Of a DNA stretch of 64,000 nucleotides, positions 1 to 12,705 are shown piece by piece. How positions within the stretch are numbered: position 1 is the first letter of the stretch; each line of letters starts with the position of its first letter. This DNA is from Tubiluchus corallicola (Eukaryota > Animalia > Priapulida): positions 62,001 to 126,000 of the forward strand of contig JAQGDQ010000142.1 of the NCBI GenBank assembly GCA_030141605.1, in the 5' to 3' direction. The position numbers were made by a program, and so were the translations under genes. Under the pieces are notes generated by a model. That model was not told the origin of the DNA. It was given only the letters and a program-made list of their open reading frames with translations, and did no database searches.

Positions 1-3000
1 AGCATTTAAAAGTTCAGACCAGAGACTGGATGTGCCGTTGTTATTAGAGGTGCAGCAGGAAGAAAAGTCCAACGTTCCTAAGTTGGATGAAATCAAGGAC
101 GATCAAAAAGATGGGTCAATTTTGTCTCCTCGTGACATTCCGATGGAAGGTGTTTTTAATAAACGGAGGAGATTACTGGAAGAAGAGCACCCTAATTTTA
201 AATCAAAACGTGTCAGTGATGATCAACAAAACAGTAGTGCTGATGAATTTGACAATGTACAACATCACCTACTAGAACCACGGGAATGTAAACCTAAGCG
301 TGGTTCACCTCTTTCTCTTCCTTTGCCAAAGTTTGCACATGACCCAAGTAATTTGATATCTTGTCGTCCTTCATCTCCGCCTGTTTCCAAATCGCATGTG
401 CATACCCTAGACATTCCTAAAAAAATTGAAGTTGTTGAAGTGCAAAGTGTTATTACAACAACAACAGGACTAATGTCGCCACCTGGTCTTATGTCTCCTC
501 CTGTTGCAGTTGGGTTGTTATCTACACCTATAGTTTCACCAGGATTAAAGTCTCCTGCTAGTGTTTCTTCAGGTATTAAGTCTCCACTGCATGTAACACC
601 AGCGACTAAGCCTATGTTAATATCACCTAGCATGAAATCACCTGGAGCTTTTTCTGAAAAAAGTGATATTGGCAAGTCATCTGCACTACCATTCGCGAAG
701 AACACTGGCACCACAGAATCTTCATCTCCAGATATTTCTCCAATGGCTTCACCACAAGGACCATCTTTGGAAGAAAGAATTAAAGCTCTTGACGAGAAGT
801 TAGCAAAACAACGAGATGCCGAAATAGCCATGTCATCAGCAATGGATTATGAGACGTATAAGCGATTACGGCGCAAACCAACAGAACTTCAAGTTAAAAC
901 TGAACCGTCTAATATAGTCAAATCTTTGCTAGCAAAATCATCGATATTTGATCAGGATTCTAGACGATTAGAAAACATTAGTGATAAATATGAGCCCAAA
1001 GATCTTGCAGATTTATCTCCTGATTCTAAGACTGATGTTGTAGCGCAGTTGCGAATAAAAACGTCAGTAGCATCAAGCAAAGATTCTTGCCCAAGTTTAA
1101 CTCCTGTGCCCACAACATTTAATAAACAGATTCTTCAATCACCATTAGATACCATTGCAGGTAAACAGAGTGATGCTGCTTCTTCACTAGCTGGATTTCC
1201 AGAATCATCTGTGTTAAGTAATATGTCACGATTAGCTGATACTCCAAGAGATCCGCGGAGTGACCCTACAGTTAAACACTCATCAGGACACCAAGAAACT
1301 ATTCTTACACGGTTAAGAAAGGAGTCTTGTTCAACTGTCATTGCACCTTCTGTGAAACAAGAAGATTCCTTTCCACAGTATGGCCGATATCCAACTTATC
1401 CTAGTGGATTTTCATCTAATCATCCGGTAGTCAGTTTACTTAATGTTTCCATACCATCAGCATCAAGCTTGCATAATTCTGTAGCAAGCAGTGTCTCAGA
1501 AAGCTCTATCAGCCCGTGCCCTGTTGCAAGTCTGTTGACTAATTTGCCTAGTTGGCCTGCTATGACAACACAGTCGAGTGTCAGTGGAACAACAAAATTA
1601 GTTAATCATGCATCAAATTATTCACATGCAGGGCCTATATTGTTACAGTCTACTGGACCTTCCATAAATGAAGCTGCCTCAAATTTTCACAATCAGTCTA
1701 CACCTTCACATCTAAGTAATTCATCCCACCATCATAGTACTAATTTCGTCCATCAACATCCTAGTCCTCAAATTCCTTGCACAACTTCCAGTTTGCAGTC
1801 TAATGTAACTACTTCTCAACATGCTACCACTACTACTGTTACTAAGTATGGCTTTCCGACAAAACGTGCAAGCATTGATTTGTCTCATCAACCTGTTAAA
1901 CCTATACTGAAGAAGGACACTCATTACTCGTCATTGCCTACTACGTTATCAGGTGCAAAAACTGAAACATGTCAGCCGCCTTCTCTATCACTGACACCAA
2001 TTCTAAAGCGTAGTGATTTAAGCACAAGTCAAAACTCAACACAGCAAGCAAGTCAGCAACCTTCTGCACCATTGGTACCAATTCTAAAGCGTTATGATTC
2101 AGTAACAAGTCAAAATTCAACGCAGCAGTTAAGACGACAAGATTCTCTGCAGACAGTACCTAACACAGATGCAGCTGCTGTTACCATTTCGACAGCTGCA
2201 AAGTATGAACCCATCACGCCATCTACACCACTGACACCAATTCTGAAGCGTGAGTTGTCAACAAGTAGTACAGCTTCTTCTGTTCAAACTCCATCAGTAC
2301 TAAAGAAACAAGATTCTTGTGGCATAGCAAACACTCCCGCTAAGCCAGAGCCATTGTTTCGACCAGATATCACACCTTCAGTAAAAAAGGAAAATGAGAG
2401 CACTTTTGTGAAAGATAGTGTAAACCACCAACAGAAGCGTTCTCATGCATCCCATGGACTAGCCGAAATTGATTTGATTAAAGTGAAAACAGAACCAAAA
2501 GATGCGTCAAAGCCAAAAATGGATACAAAACCAATAGAAGCTAAACCTAGCAAGTCAGAACTACATAAAAATGAAGATAATGACACAGTTAAAAGAGCAG
2601 AAACTAAACCAGAGACGAAGTGTGAGCCACCAGATGCAAAGAAGCCAAAGTTATCCCATTCACATAGCAAAGATTTGAAAAAAACAGACCAGAAACAGAA
2701 ATGTATAGACAAAAAAGATAAAAGGCAAAAAAGTCATGATAAGACAGAGAATAAGCTGAAACACGAAAAGCTGCAATCCAGCAATGAAGACTCAGTGAAG
2801 TCAGTGAATTTAGAAAAAGTGGACAGTAAAGATAAAGCTGATACAGCAATATCAAAAGATAAAGATAAAAAATTAAAGAACCAACCCACTGATGAAATTA
2901 AGAAGGTAAAAGATTTGGCAAAGTCTGAAAAGAAACCATCCAAAGAAGTTAAAGTAAAACCAAAAGAACAGAGTAAAAAAGAAAAAGAAAAAATTGTAAA

Positions 3001-6000
3001 GAAAGACGAAGTTCCCGAAAAGAAGGATTCTAAGGATTTATCAAAAGATAAACATAAGAATGTTATTAAAGCTGAAAAGGTCAAGGAAACAAAAGAACCA
3101 GAGAAACCCAAAAAAATGGACTCGGAAAAACCTAAGAAGCCAAAGCGGGATAAAATGGAACGAGAATTGGCTGCACTGCTAGAAGGAAGTCTAGCACCTG
3201 TTTACACATCAATGTATGATATGGTGAAAGCTCGGTCTAACAAAGAAAACAGGGAAAAGGAAAAGCAGGAGAAAGAAGCTGAAGGGCGTAGGAAAGTGAT
3301 TGCTAAGCAACAAAAGAAACATAAGCACAGTGACTTCAGTGATGTGACTGATTCAGAATCACTTTCTGATGCAGACCTGCCGGCTATCCAGAAGTCCAAA
3401 TCAAAGCATCCTTCTAAACAGAGTCATAAGCGTCGTCCACACTACCATCAGTCATCCTCTAGTGATGAAGATTACACGCCAACATCAAATTTTGATATTT
3501 TCCCCCGAAATAGACCTAAGCAAGCACCATTTAGACTAAATGCTTCTGATGTTTTTTCTGATGATGCTTCCAGCACGGATGAAGAAATGAAACCTGTTAA
3601 TTCTAATCTTAAGAAAAATGCTTTAATAACAGCAAAAATCCAAGAAGGAAAGCGACAAGAACAAAAGAGACAAATGAATCTTCAGCAGCAGAAAAATGCA
3701 AAAATGCGATCTATTAATGATGTTAAACTTGTGAAATCTGAAATTGTAAAGAAGATGAAAGGTGACAAAGAAAAAGAGAATAAGGAAGGAAAACATCATA
3801 AGAAGACGAAGGTTAACGAGATGCAAACTCACAAACCTGTAGTTCAAAAGACAGAATTAGATGACGCAAAATTTGTCAAATCTGAGTTAATGGCCAGAGA
3901 TGGTATTAAAAAGAAATCTAGAACAGAGAGTATGGATGATACTGACAGGAAAATTGCAATGAAGAGTGATCGCGTAAAAGCAGAGATTTCTGCAAAGTTT
4001 AGCCATAAAAAGAAAACCAAAGATGACGATGATGAAACTAAGTCCGCACATATTGACAGGAATGAAAGCCGGAAGCGGTATCTGAGTACCTCGTCAGCAG
4101 GAGAGCCTGAGCCTAATAAAAAGTTTGAGAAGTTTGACAAGGGGCCAGGGATTGTAAAGCGACCATCCGAAAAAAGGCAGTCAAAGCAAGATCTGTGGCG
4201 AGATCTGTTTGGTGATGATGATGACAGCCATGATGCAGATCAATCACCTAACCAGCAAAGCAGTACTAATGATGATATGTCGAAACGTGGTTGTGTCCAA
4301 AAGAGTTCACATGATGTTGACTGGGAGAAGAAAAAGAAGAAAAAGAAAAAGAATAAAAAAGAGAGAGTAGATAAAGATAGAGAGAAGAAAACAATCAAGG
4401 ACAAAATTCACAAGAAAGAGGTTAACATAACCTCTTCTGCTAATACAAAAGACAAAATACCCAAGCTAAATAATATTTCAGATGGTATATCAGCAAGTGA
4501 TATGAGTTGTGATGAGTTGATGCCAAAAGTTGAAGACATGAAAAATGATATAAAGTTGGACAACGATTTTAATGATACTGAAGCTACAATGCCAGTTCTA
4601 AGTAGTCCACAACAAACAATTGATAACATACAGGAGGATCATCATTCGTCACTTAGCCATCAGTCCAATGATATAAAGAAAAGTGAACCAGTAATTGTTT
4701 CTGAGATGGATCTTGAAAAGGCCAGCAAGGAACTAGAACTGGCAATAGCGAGCATACTCCCTGACGAAAATAATTTTACACAAACAGAGCAAAAGTCTGT
4801 ACCTGCCACAGTCTTGTCTTCCAGGGAAGAAGGCACTAAACCATCTGAAAAATCTGTGGATTTGGAGACAAAGCAAGCTGCTGAACTTATAATGGACACA
4901 AGTACATATATGCCTGTATTACAAGATACTAGCAAAGAATCGCCTGTATGTGTGGAGAAGAAGGAATCAAAGACTGATGTTTTGCCTGAACAAGATGTTG
5001 AAGGTGGTGATTTAGTGATCGATATGGGTAGCAGAACTAATGACTCAACATGTCTGGATGATTCATCTAAACCTAGTATTTCTGATGAAAATGAACTCAA
5101 CTTGCACAAAAAATGTGGTACCAAAGTTAAAGGTACCTCAACTACCAAATTATTTAATGCAATTCCACCAGATCCGCTATCGCATACTGCTTCTAATGAT
5201 GATGATATGCCAGATTTAAGTCATCTGGTTTTAAGAAAAGCACCTTACCATGATTATTTCGAGTCAGTGTCAAGTGAAGGTGAACTGAAGGGTGATATTG
5301 ATCATAATTCTATTAAAGATATATACCAGTTTGAAGAAGATGAAGAAAGATCCTGTAGTCGGCCTCCGCTTCGCAAAGAAAAAGAAGAGGAAATTTCAGA
5401 TTTTAAGACTGTTGAGTTTGACAGTAAAAAGAAAAAATCTCGCAAACCTAGACCTGAAGCCCTGCACGTGACAGAAAATATTATTACTACAGAAAAAAAT
5501 TCTCCAGATAAAATTGAAATTGACACCGAGCAGCCTCCAATTTTATGTCGTGAAGAAACAGATCCTCAGCAATCTGAAAATGCAACATCTGAGTCGAGTG
5601 CAAATCAAGGTATTCAAGCTAGCAGCATGAAACAAGATGATCCTGATACTTTTACTGAGGTTTCTAAACACAAAGATAGCGATTTGAACTTAGAGCGGAA
5701 GTCACCTCTTGACAGTGACAGCTTTACAGGGTACAGCAAGAATGGTTCTGTTCCTTCTCCAAGAACACAAATGAATTTACGATCATCTAACAAAAGCTCA
5801 CGTCCTGGTTTATTATTGAAAGGTGTAAAACCTGAATCACCAGAACTGTCTAGCTCAGCACGTGGACGACCTAGATCAGGTTCTAACTCGGCAAAGGTAA
5901 AACGACAAGATCACATGAAAGCAGAAGACAATGAAATACCAGAAAAAGGGGAACAAGCTGTCAATGATGCTGAAAATTTAAAGAAAGCAGAGTTACACTC

Positions 6001-9000
6001 TTTAACTGAACTGAAAACGAGCGAAATACCTTCGAAACCTGTCCGACGACGATCAAACACTGATGTTTATGATTTTAGTGAGTCTTTTGAAGAAACTGAT
6101 AAACAAGTATCTCTATTCCCTCATATAAGAACTACAACTGCCACCCCATGCAAACCAATTGCCGCATCTATTGCTGCAACATCCTTTTCCCATATTAATA
6201 CTACCATTACAGCACCTTGCCAGCAGCCTCCATTTGCTACTGATGTCCCATCAACACCTGCCACGACTACTTATTGTCGTACTTCTGTGGATGATGTCAT
6301 TGATGATGTTGTGCGTGGGAATGTAGAAATACCAGAATTATCCTCACTTACAAAAAGACGTCATGCAAATACCAAAGCAAAGGCATCCAGTGAAAAGATA
6401 GACACTGATGAAATTAAAGTGGAACGCTTGAGTGATCCTGCTGGAATTACAGTCATAATGGCTATAGAACGGACTATTGATAAAGAAATGTCAAAGGCAA
6501 ACAGCGAAGAGCAAGCCACTGGTATAACGAATGGATCAACTGAGGAAGCTCGAAAAATTGATGTGCGCTCACCAGTTCCAGTGACTTCAACTGCCAAGTC
6601 AAAATGTACACAAGCTACTACAAGTTCTACTGATACACCATTGCTATCTGCTGTTGTAAGAAACAAAACAGAGGAATTCCTAATGGCAACTATGCCACTG
6701 CCATTATCTGCTGTTAGGCCTGATTTGGGCAAAGAAGTCAAGTCCAGAATCAGCAGAGTCAATACTGAACATGAGCCCAAGGAACTACTACCAGATGGAT
6801 TAAAGTCTGTAAAAGAAGAACTGGGTGGAGAGAGGAATTCTCCTGCAATGTTTCTCTCACCAGTTACTGGGTTGTTTGTACCTGTTGATGGTGCTATCGT
6901 AAAAGAGGAAGTTAAGGATAAGCTGACTGTTTCATTGCCTTCGTCGTCTTCTGCAGACGTTACCGTTGCGGCTAAACTCGATACGAAAACAGAAGTGACA
7001 TCGTCTTCACATCACACAAAAGTGGCAGGAACATTTATTCCTCCATGTGAGGAAGATCTCAAAATTAATGTTAGTAAAGAGCCTGGTGAAGTAACAATAA
7101 AGCATCCAAAATCTACTATAACCACTGCGTCGTCGCCGAAGCAAGCTGTTGCAGCTCCCTGCAGCATTGGGTTGTCATCCACACCAAAAGCAGCAGCTAG
7201 TCAGCCAGCTATGCTCAGTGGCTTACAATCAGCTGGTTATCACAATCCTGTTTCTATGGCTCATTTGGTGGAGAAAACATATCCTCAGGTGGGTGGAAGT
7301 GCCATTGCTGGTATCTTGCAAAATCAGTTTATGCCTGGAGGAATGGTAGGCGTAAGAGCATCGCAAATCCATCCAAATATTGGTAATCTTACTCCACCTC
7401 ATACTCCTCCAACTCATTCCATTAGTGGTTCTCAAGCTGAAGCAGTTATGATGCATCATCAGTTGCTGGCTTCACATTTGATACGTCATCCTGGTGATAT
7501 ACAATATATGGCTCCTGGTTTTATGTATCAAGCTGGCTATCTCCCTGCTATGCAACAGGCCATGATGCGAGTAGATCAACGATCGCCACGGCTTCCACAT
7601 CCAGTTCACGTAGAGCCGAGTGGCCAAGGCTCACCAGTGGAAAGGCAAGACAAAGGAAAGGAGGAAGGTCATATCAATTCTCTTTATGATCGAAAGCGAC
7701 AGTTAAGTGGAACGGACCGAAAAATGGCTGAGTTACAAGCTGAAGCTAAAGTTAAGGCAGCTCTAGAAGAAAGCTGCCGTCAGCAGTCCAAGGGACCTGT
7801 TTATTCTGATCAAAACCGTGCTTCACCACGCCAGCACTTGGCATCGCTACAGATGCCAGAACATCCGGTAATGGCTGAACAGCAAATAAAAGAAATGCAG
7901 CTTGCAGGAATAAAGGCAGTCCCTGCACAATTTCCTTCTGATTTAAAAATGCAACACCCTTTTGTGGATACAAGTTCATCTACACAACCGGTTTCTAGGT
8001 CTCCTTCTACTCATGGTCGACTCCCACAGTCTCAGGTTTCACCTAATGTGCAGCCAGCTCAGATGTCTCCCAGCGCTTCACGTTCATCTGTAAGCCAATT
8101 GTCACCTCGAGGTGTACAGGAAAATAAATCACTTTCAGCCGAAAGTAAAACGTCTGTGCAGTTTCCTACTCCGGTTATTCCAACAGAAACTTCAGATGGG
8201 AAACCAAGATCTCCATTTCCAGCTCACATAAGTGCAGATGGCAAAGCCATGCCTATGGCTGACCCACGATATTTTCCCCAACATTTTATGCCTGGTAAAA
8301 GTTTGGGTCCTTACACTTCCCTTGATATACAGCGACAGTTCCAAAGACGTATGGACTCACAACGCATGGTGACGCCATCTTCGCAAGCTCAACCTAGTGT
8401 GCAGTTTCTGGGAGGATTCCCTAGCACAGGACAAAATCCATATGTACCGATGCCTGGCTTACAAGATCAGGCACATCATTCACCTCGTCTCTCGTCTCCT
8501 CAGATGGTACCTGTTAATGAGGGCTTACTTGCTCGAGACCGCAGTGCTCAAATGGAAATAGAACGAATGACTCCTAACCCAGCTAAACAGATGGCACGCC
8601 TGTCTCTTGAACGATCACTGCATCCGCAGAACATTGGTGAATATCCTAACACACCAGTACAACCAGATGCTGTGCCTCCCACGCGCACACAGCCAACAAT
8701 GCCGGATAGGTCACCACAAGTCCTGCTGCCAGTTAAAGATTCATACAGGGAAACTTTGCATGAGGTAAGAGCCCAAAATCTATTTATGAGTGTCTTAAGA
8801 TATATGTCTAGAGTTGCTTTTCATTTGTCTTGTTTGCCAAAGGAGCAAATTGTGCTGATTGAGTTTTATATCTTGTTTGTATGAACATGCTGCTTTTTTT
8901 ATGTAAATGTTTGTGTGTCACCATATATTGTTAGCCAGATCATTAGTATATCTTTCTGTACATGCCTTATTCATCTTGCTTGTTCAGAAAAGTTTCTTAT

Positions 9001-10113
9001 GATTATCTCAGTTCTGTGATTAGTAGCTATTATAAAGTGATTTTTTATGTGTTTGACAGAAATATCCGAAGGTTTGGCAAGGAATATTGGCACTGAAAAG
9101 TGAATTGGTGACTATGCAAATGCACTTTGTATCAGGTTACGCACCCCTAGCTAGGGAGTCTTTACCTCAGCCTACGGAGACTGGCATGATACCACCTCTT
9201 CGTGTAGTTCAGCGGATGCGATTGGAACCATCCCAGTTAGACGGAGTTGCTCGCAGGATGCAGGTCAGTAAGGTTATGATCTTTTTTACAAATTTTTCGT
9301 AGGTCTAATTGTTTTTGTATGTTCGCATAAGTTTGATCAGTGCTAAAAATGTGGAATGGTAGTGAATATGGAATATTTAAATTTTTTGATATGAGATTGA
9401 TAATATACAACTTTCTTACTAGACCACATAAGCTATAAAGATAGTTGTAATGTAATTGGTTTTTTAGTGTAATAAGACTTTGTTTTGTAGATGGAAGGCG
9501 AACACTGTACATTGCTGGCAATTCCTTGCGGTCGAGACGGAAGTGATATGGACGTGCAGAAGTTGTACCTTAAAGATGGCTTTATTATGTACTTGCAGTC
9601 AAAGCAAGCTGCCGGTATTGTGAATGTTTCAGTACCTGGGACAACACAGGTAAGTGATTAACGCGACTAAAATTGATTCAACTACGGACAAAAATTGTCA
9701 AAAAAATGCTGTAACATTTCTTGGTTCATTTTTGCTCTACAAAGCATAAGATTTTTATTAAGCTGTTCTTTTTGGAAACAAAGATTGCAAAATTTGATAG
9801 TGTGTCAAGGCTCTTAATGTACTTTTTTGCAAAGTTTGTGTTGACACCTGGTCATTGCTGATAAATGGTGCATAAATGGTTATTTGGACTAGTGAAAACA
9901 GTTTTAAACTTGATTGAAAATGAATACCAGTTACAGTACTAGTTTTGCTAATAGGCTTTTAAAAGCATTTTTTTTTAATTTTAGCCTGCCTATGTGGTAC
10001 ACATCTTTCCACCATGTGATTTTGCAATGGAAAATATCAACAAGACAGCACCAGATATCTTGGCTAATCTCTCGGATGCTGCATATTTAGTTATCATCAT
10101 CACCACTGTGTAG
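1..10113 (+). CDS. SPEN: SPEN / split ends / Msx2-interacting protein (SHARP/MINT) orthologue, 5'-partial. Exons <1-8764, 9060-9263, 9491-9649, 9985-10113
   Basis: The frame is open from base 2 to the donor GAG|gtaaga at 8764. Three further phase-0 GT-AG exons splice in frame to give a full SPEN-type SPOC domain (KYPKVWQGILALK...MQMHFVSG...LRVVQRMRLEPSQLDGVARRMQ|MEGEHCTLLAIPCGRD...FIMYLQSKQAAGIVNV...|PAYVVHIFPPCDF...YLVIIITTV*). The giant low-complexity exon contains spen-like blocks (SLEERIKALDEK, SIFDQDSRRL, SMYDMVKARS). The N-terminal RRMs would lie upstream of the window. Confidence 0.95.
9060..10113 (+). CDS. SPEN: SPOC-domain coding exons of SPEN (204, 159 and 129 nt; stop TAG at 10111-10113)
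   Basis: Acceptors ttgacag|9060, ttgtag|9491 and ttttag|9985. Donors 9263|gtcagt and 9649|gtaagt. All exon lengths are multiples of 3. Confidence 0.95.
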
Positions 10114-11196
10114 CTTTTGTCACTGCGCAGAGAAACTTCATACTTTTTGAGTCACGTTAAAGTTTAACTACGGTGATTGATGTAACTCGAACAAGACTTA
10201 TTTTACCTCATAATGACGGCACAACCAGATAATACTATGAAAGTTATCTATACTATGCAGGATGCACAAACACATACACACATATGCTTAGATGTAAATA
10301 TAGTTGCGAGATTTCTTACAACTGTAAGTTCTACTGTAAATAAATATGTCACACTTCTTGTGATCTTATCCTGTCTAGAGTTCTAGATACACTACTAGTC
10401 TGTACCCTGGTCAGATGATTGGGGTAGCACATCAGTTCTTCATGTGGTTGGTCCTTAGCTTCTTTAATCTATAGTTAGTAGTTGACATGTATACTTTAGT
10501 GTAAGTATGTACATAAAAATATATGTATAACTGCTAGCCCCGTGTATATTACCATCATAATTATCATAATAGTGTAATTCGTGTTTATAAACTAATGGAG
10601 GTCCATAGTAGCATCGCATTTATCTGTACATATTGTTACATATTATATACTTGTGTTAGCCACAGTTATACGTGATTTGCTGTAAAGACGCTTTTGTTAT
10701 TAAACTACATAAATTAGAAAAACAGGTGGACGTTCTCTTGTATATGCTACATATGTAACAATGTAGACGTGCAAGGTTTTTGTTAAACATTTGCGATTTG
10801 AAGTTTGTTATTTACGTTCATTGTCACTCGTGTCAGCTACCTTCTGAGGCAGAATAATTATAACTTTAGAAACTTGTTGTAATAATTATTCATAAACTTC
10901 CCGTTGTCTATATCTGTAGTATCTGAATATATGTGCATTAATTATTACTTGTCAACCAGGTAAGTGTTGCTGTGTTGATTTGTTGCTTTAAACTTGTTTA
11001 TTCACCTGGAGTAATTTGAATTTCGAAATAGACCCTTAAATCTTTTTTGTTTTCCACAAGGTTCTTGCATTTTTGTTCCATTGGCCCACAAGAGTGTTAA
11101 AATTGAAAACATGCAGTATGAAGTTTAACATTGCATTATAGTTTTGTGTTCACTATGACTTATTTCCGGTGTTTATGGTTTGGTGATTGTTACGCA

Positions 11197-11203
11197 AATA
11201 AAA
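11197..11203 (+). terminator. Candidate SPEN polyadenylation signal AATAAA
   Basis: AATAAA ~1.1 kb after the stop, followed by GT-rich sequence (gtgtaactgtgttcgtttgctggtt). Other AATAAA sites occur near 10339 and 11472. Confidence 0.4.
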
Positions 11204-12705
11204 AATGATCAGCGTAGTGTAACTGTGTTCGTTTGCTGGTTCGCACTGTACTTGTAGTGAAAGTTTTGCTCAAGTCATTCTAAAAGTATATATTTTGCCC
11301 TGTTACAATGAGCGCATTACTTCAAGCACACTCTATTTTTGATGTAAAGCGTATATTATAGTGCAAGGCCTGCTATGTAAATATCTCCTATGTAATTAAT
11401 GTTATTCGTTCTTTCAAATGTAGCTGGATGGAACCAGCCGATCACTCGACAGAGGTCTCTTTATTTCCGATAATAAACTTAATATATAAAAATTATTTAC
11501 CAGCTTATGGTTTGATTCTCTAGTGTAATTAAAGTCTAAGCACAGTAAATTCTGCCCATACATTTACCTTTTTTCATTAAATGATGTTCAGTATTTAGAA
11601 ATCCTTCCCGGCTGCAGACTACGCTTTTCACCTCATTACAAGTTTTTCAGTATTTACAAAAGAACGATGACGGTCAGGTGTACCAAATACTTTTGCAATT
11701 CGTAAACTACCAAAAGCATTCAATAGGAACTAACAAACAAACTTCAAAAAACTGGAATACTGTGTTGAATACGTTTATTTAGAAAATGATGATTTAGTAA
11801 AAAGCCTATATAACATAAACGTTTTTATAAACATGGAGATACCTATATTATGCTATACTTGTTAATATAAGTTAAAGACCAACCATCACGAATAATTTTA
11901 GCAGCAGCAAACTAACTTCCTAGAAGATCAAACTACAATGAAAATAGACATGCATTTTCTATACTACTTCTGAAAATAATACTGAAAAAAGGATACAAAA
12001 GGTACATTACAAAAAGCAATATTAGTAGAAAAGCACTGAAGAATAGAAAAACCAAAATTTAATAGATATTAGAATAAAATCTAATTTTAACTTAAGATAT
12101 TTATAAAATTTAAAGTTTGTAATAATGTTGAGCATAAGTGTTATGAGCACACAACAGATAGTTGTTTTCTACACCAAAACAAAGATGGACGACATTTTCT
12201 GGACACCACATAATAGCTGCAATCTGACTAGACCTTTATCGCATAAAGTAATTTCCATTGTCAACGTATTGTAAATATTTTGTAGTCATTTAAAATCATA
12301 AATATTAGGAAAAACAGGAGCATGCAAAATACATAAATATCTGAACTATATAAAGTGTACCTGCTTTTCTCCCATTAACCATACTCTATATAATATTAGA
12401 AAATGGTAAGCAACAACAATGTGAATTTAGGTTTGTTAGAATGAAGAATGGCAGATTAGCTACAAGTTAGTAATATTTTTTTACTCATTTCGCATTTACC
12501 GCATTCTGCAATTTATTCGAAAAAATGTTTTTGAAAAGATTTACAAAGGCTCCATTTTTTAAAACACAAAAATAAATACATGAGGTAGGTAGTTTATAAA
12601 AGATTAATTAATTGCAGTCATTATAGCTCTCAACATTTTTGAAAAAGTATATGTAATATCATTTAGTGTGTTTAGGTATAAAACATGTATTTCAATGTAA
12701 GGCAT

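Noticed and set aside
265-7979. Many antisense ORFs (up to 188 aa) inside the SPEN exon
   Set aside because: Shadow ORFs expected opposite a long, codon-biased exon; no recognisable motifs.
8765-8884. Last 39 aa of the 2950-aa ORF (VRAQNLFMS...ILFV)
   Set aside because: Read-through past the GAG|gtaaga donor; the true frame continues at 9060 into the SPOC domain.
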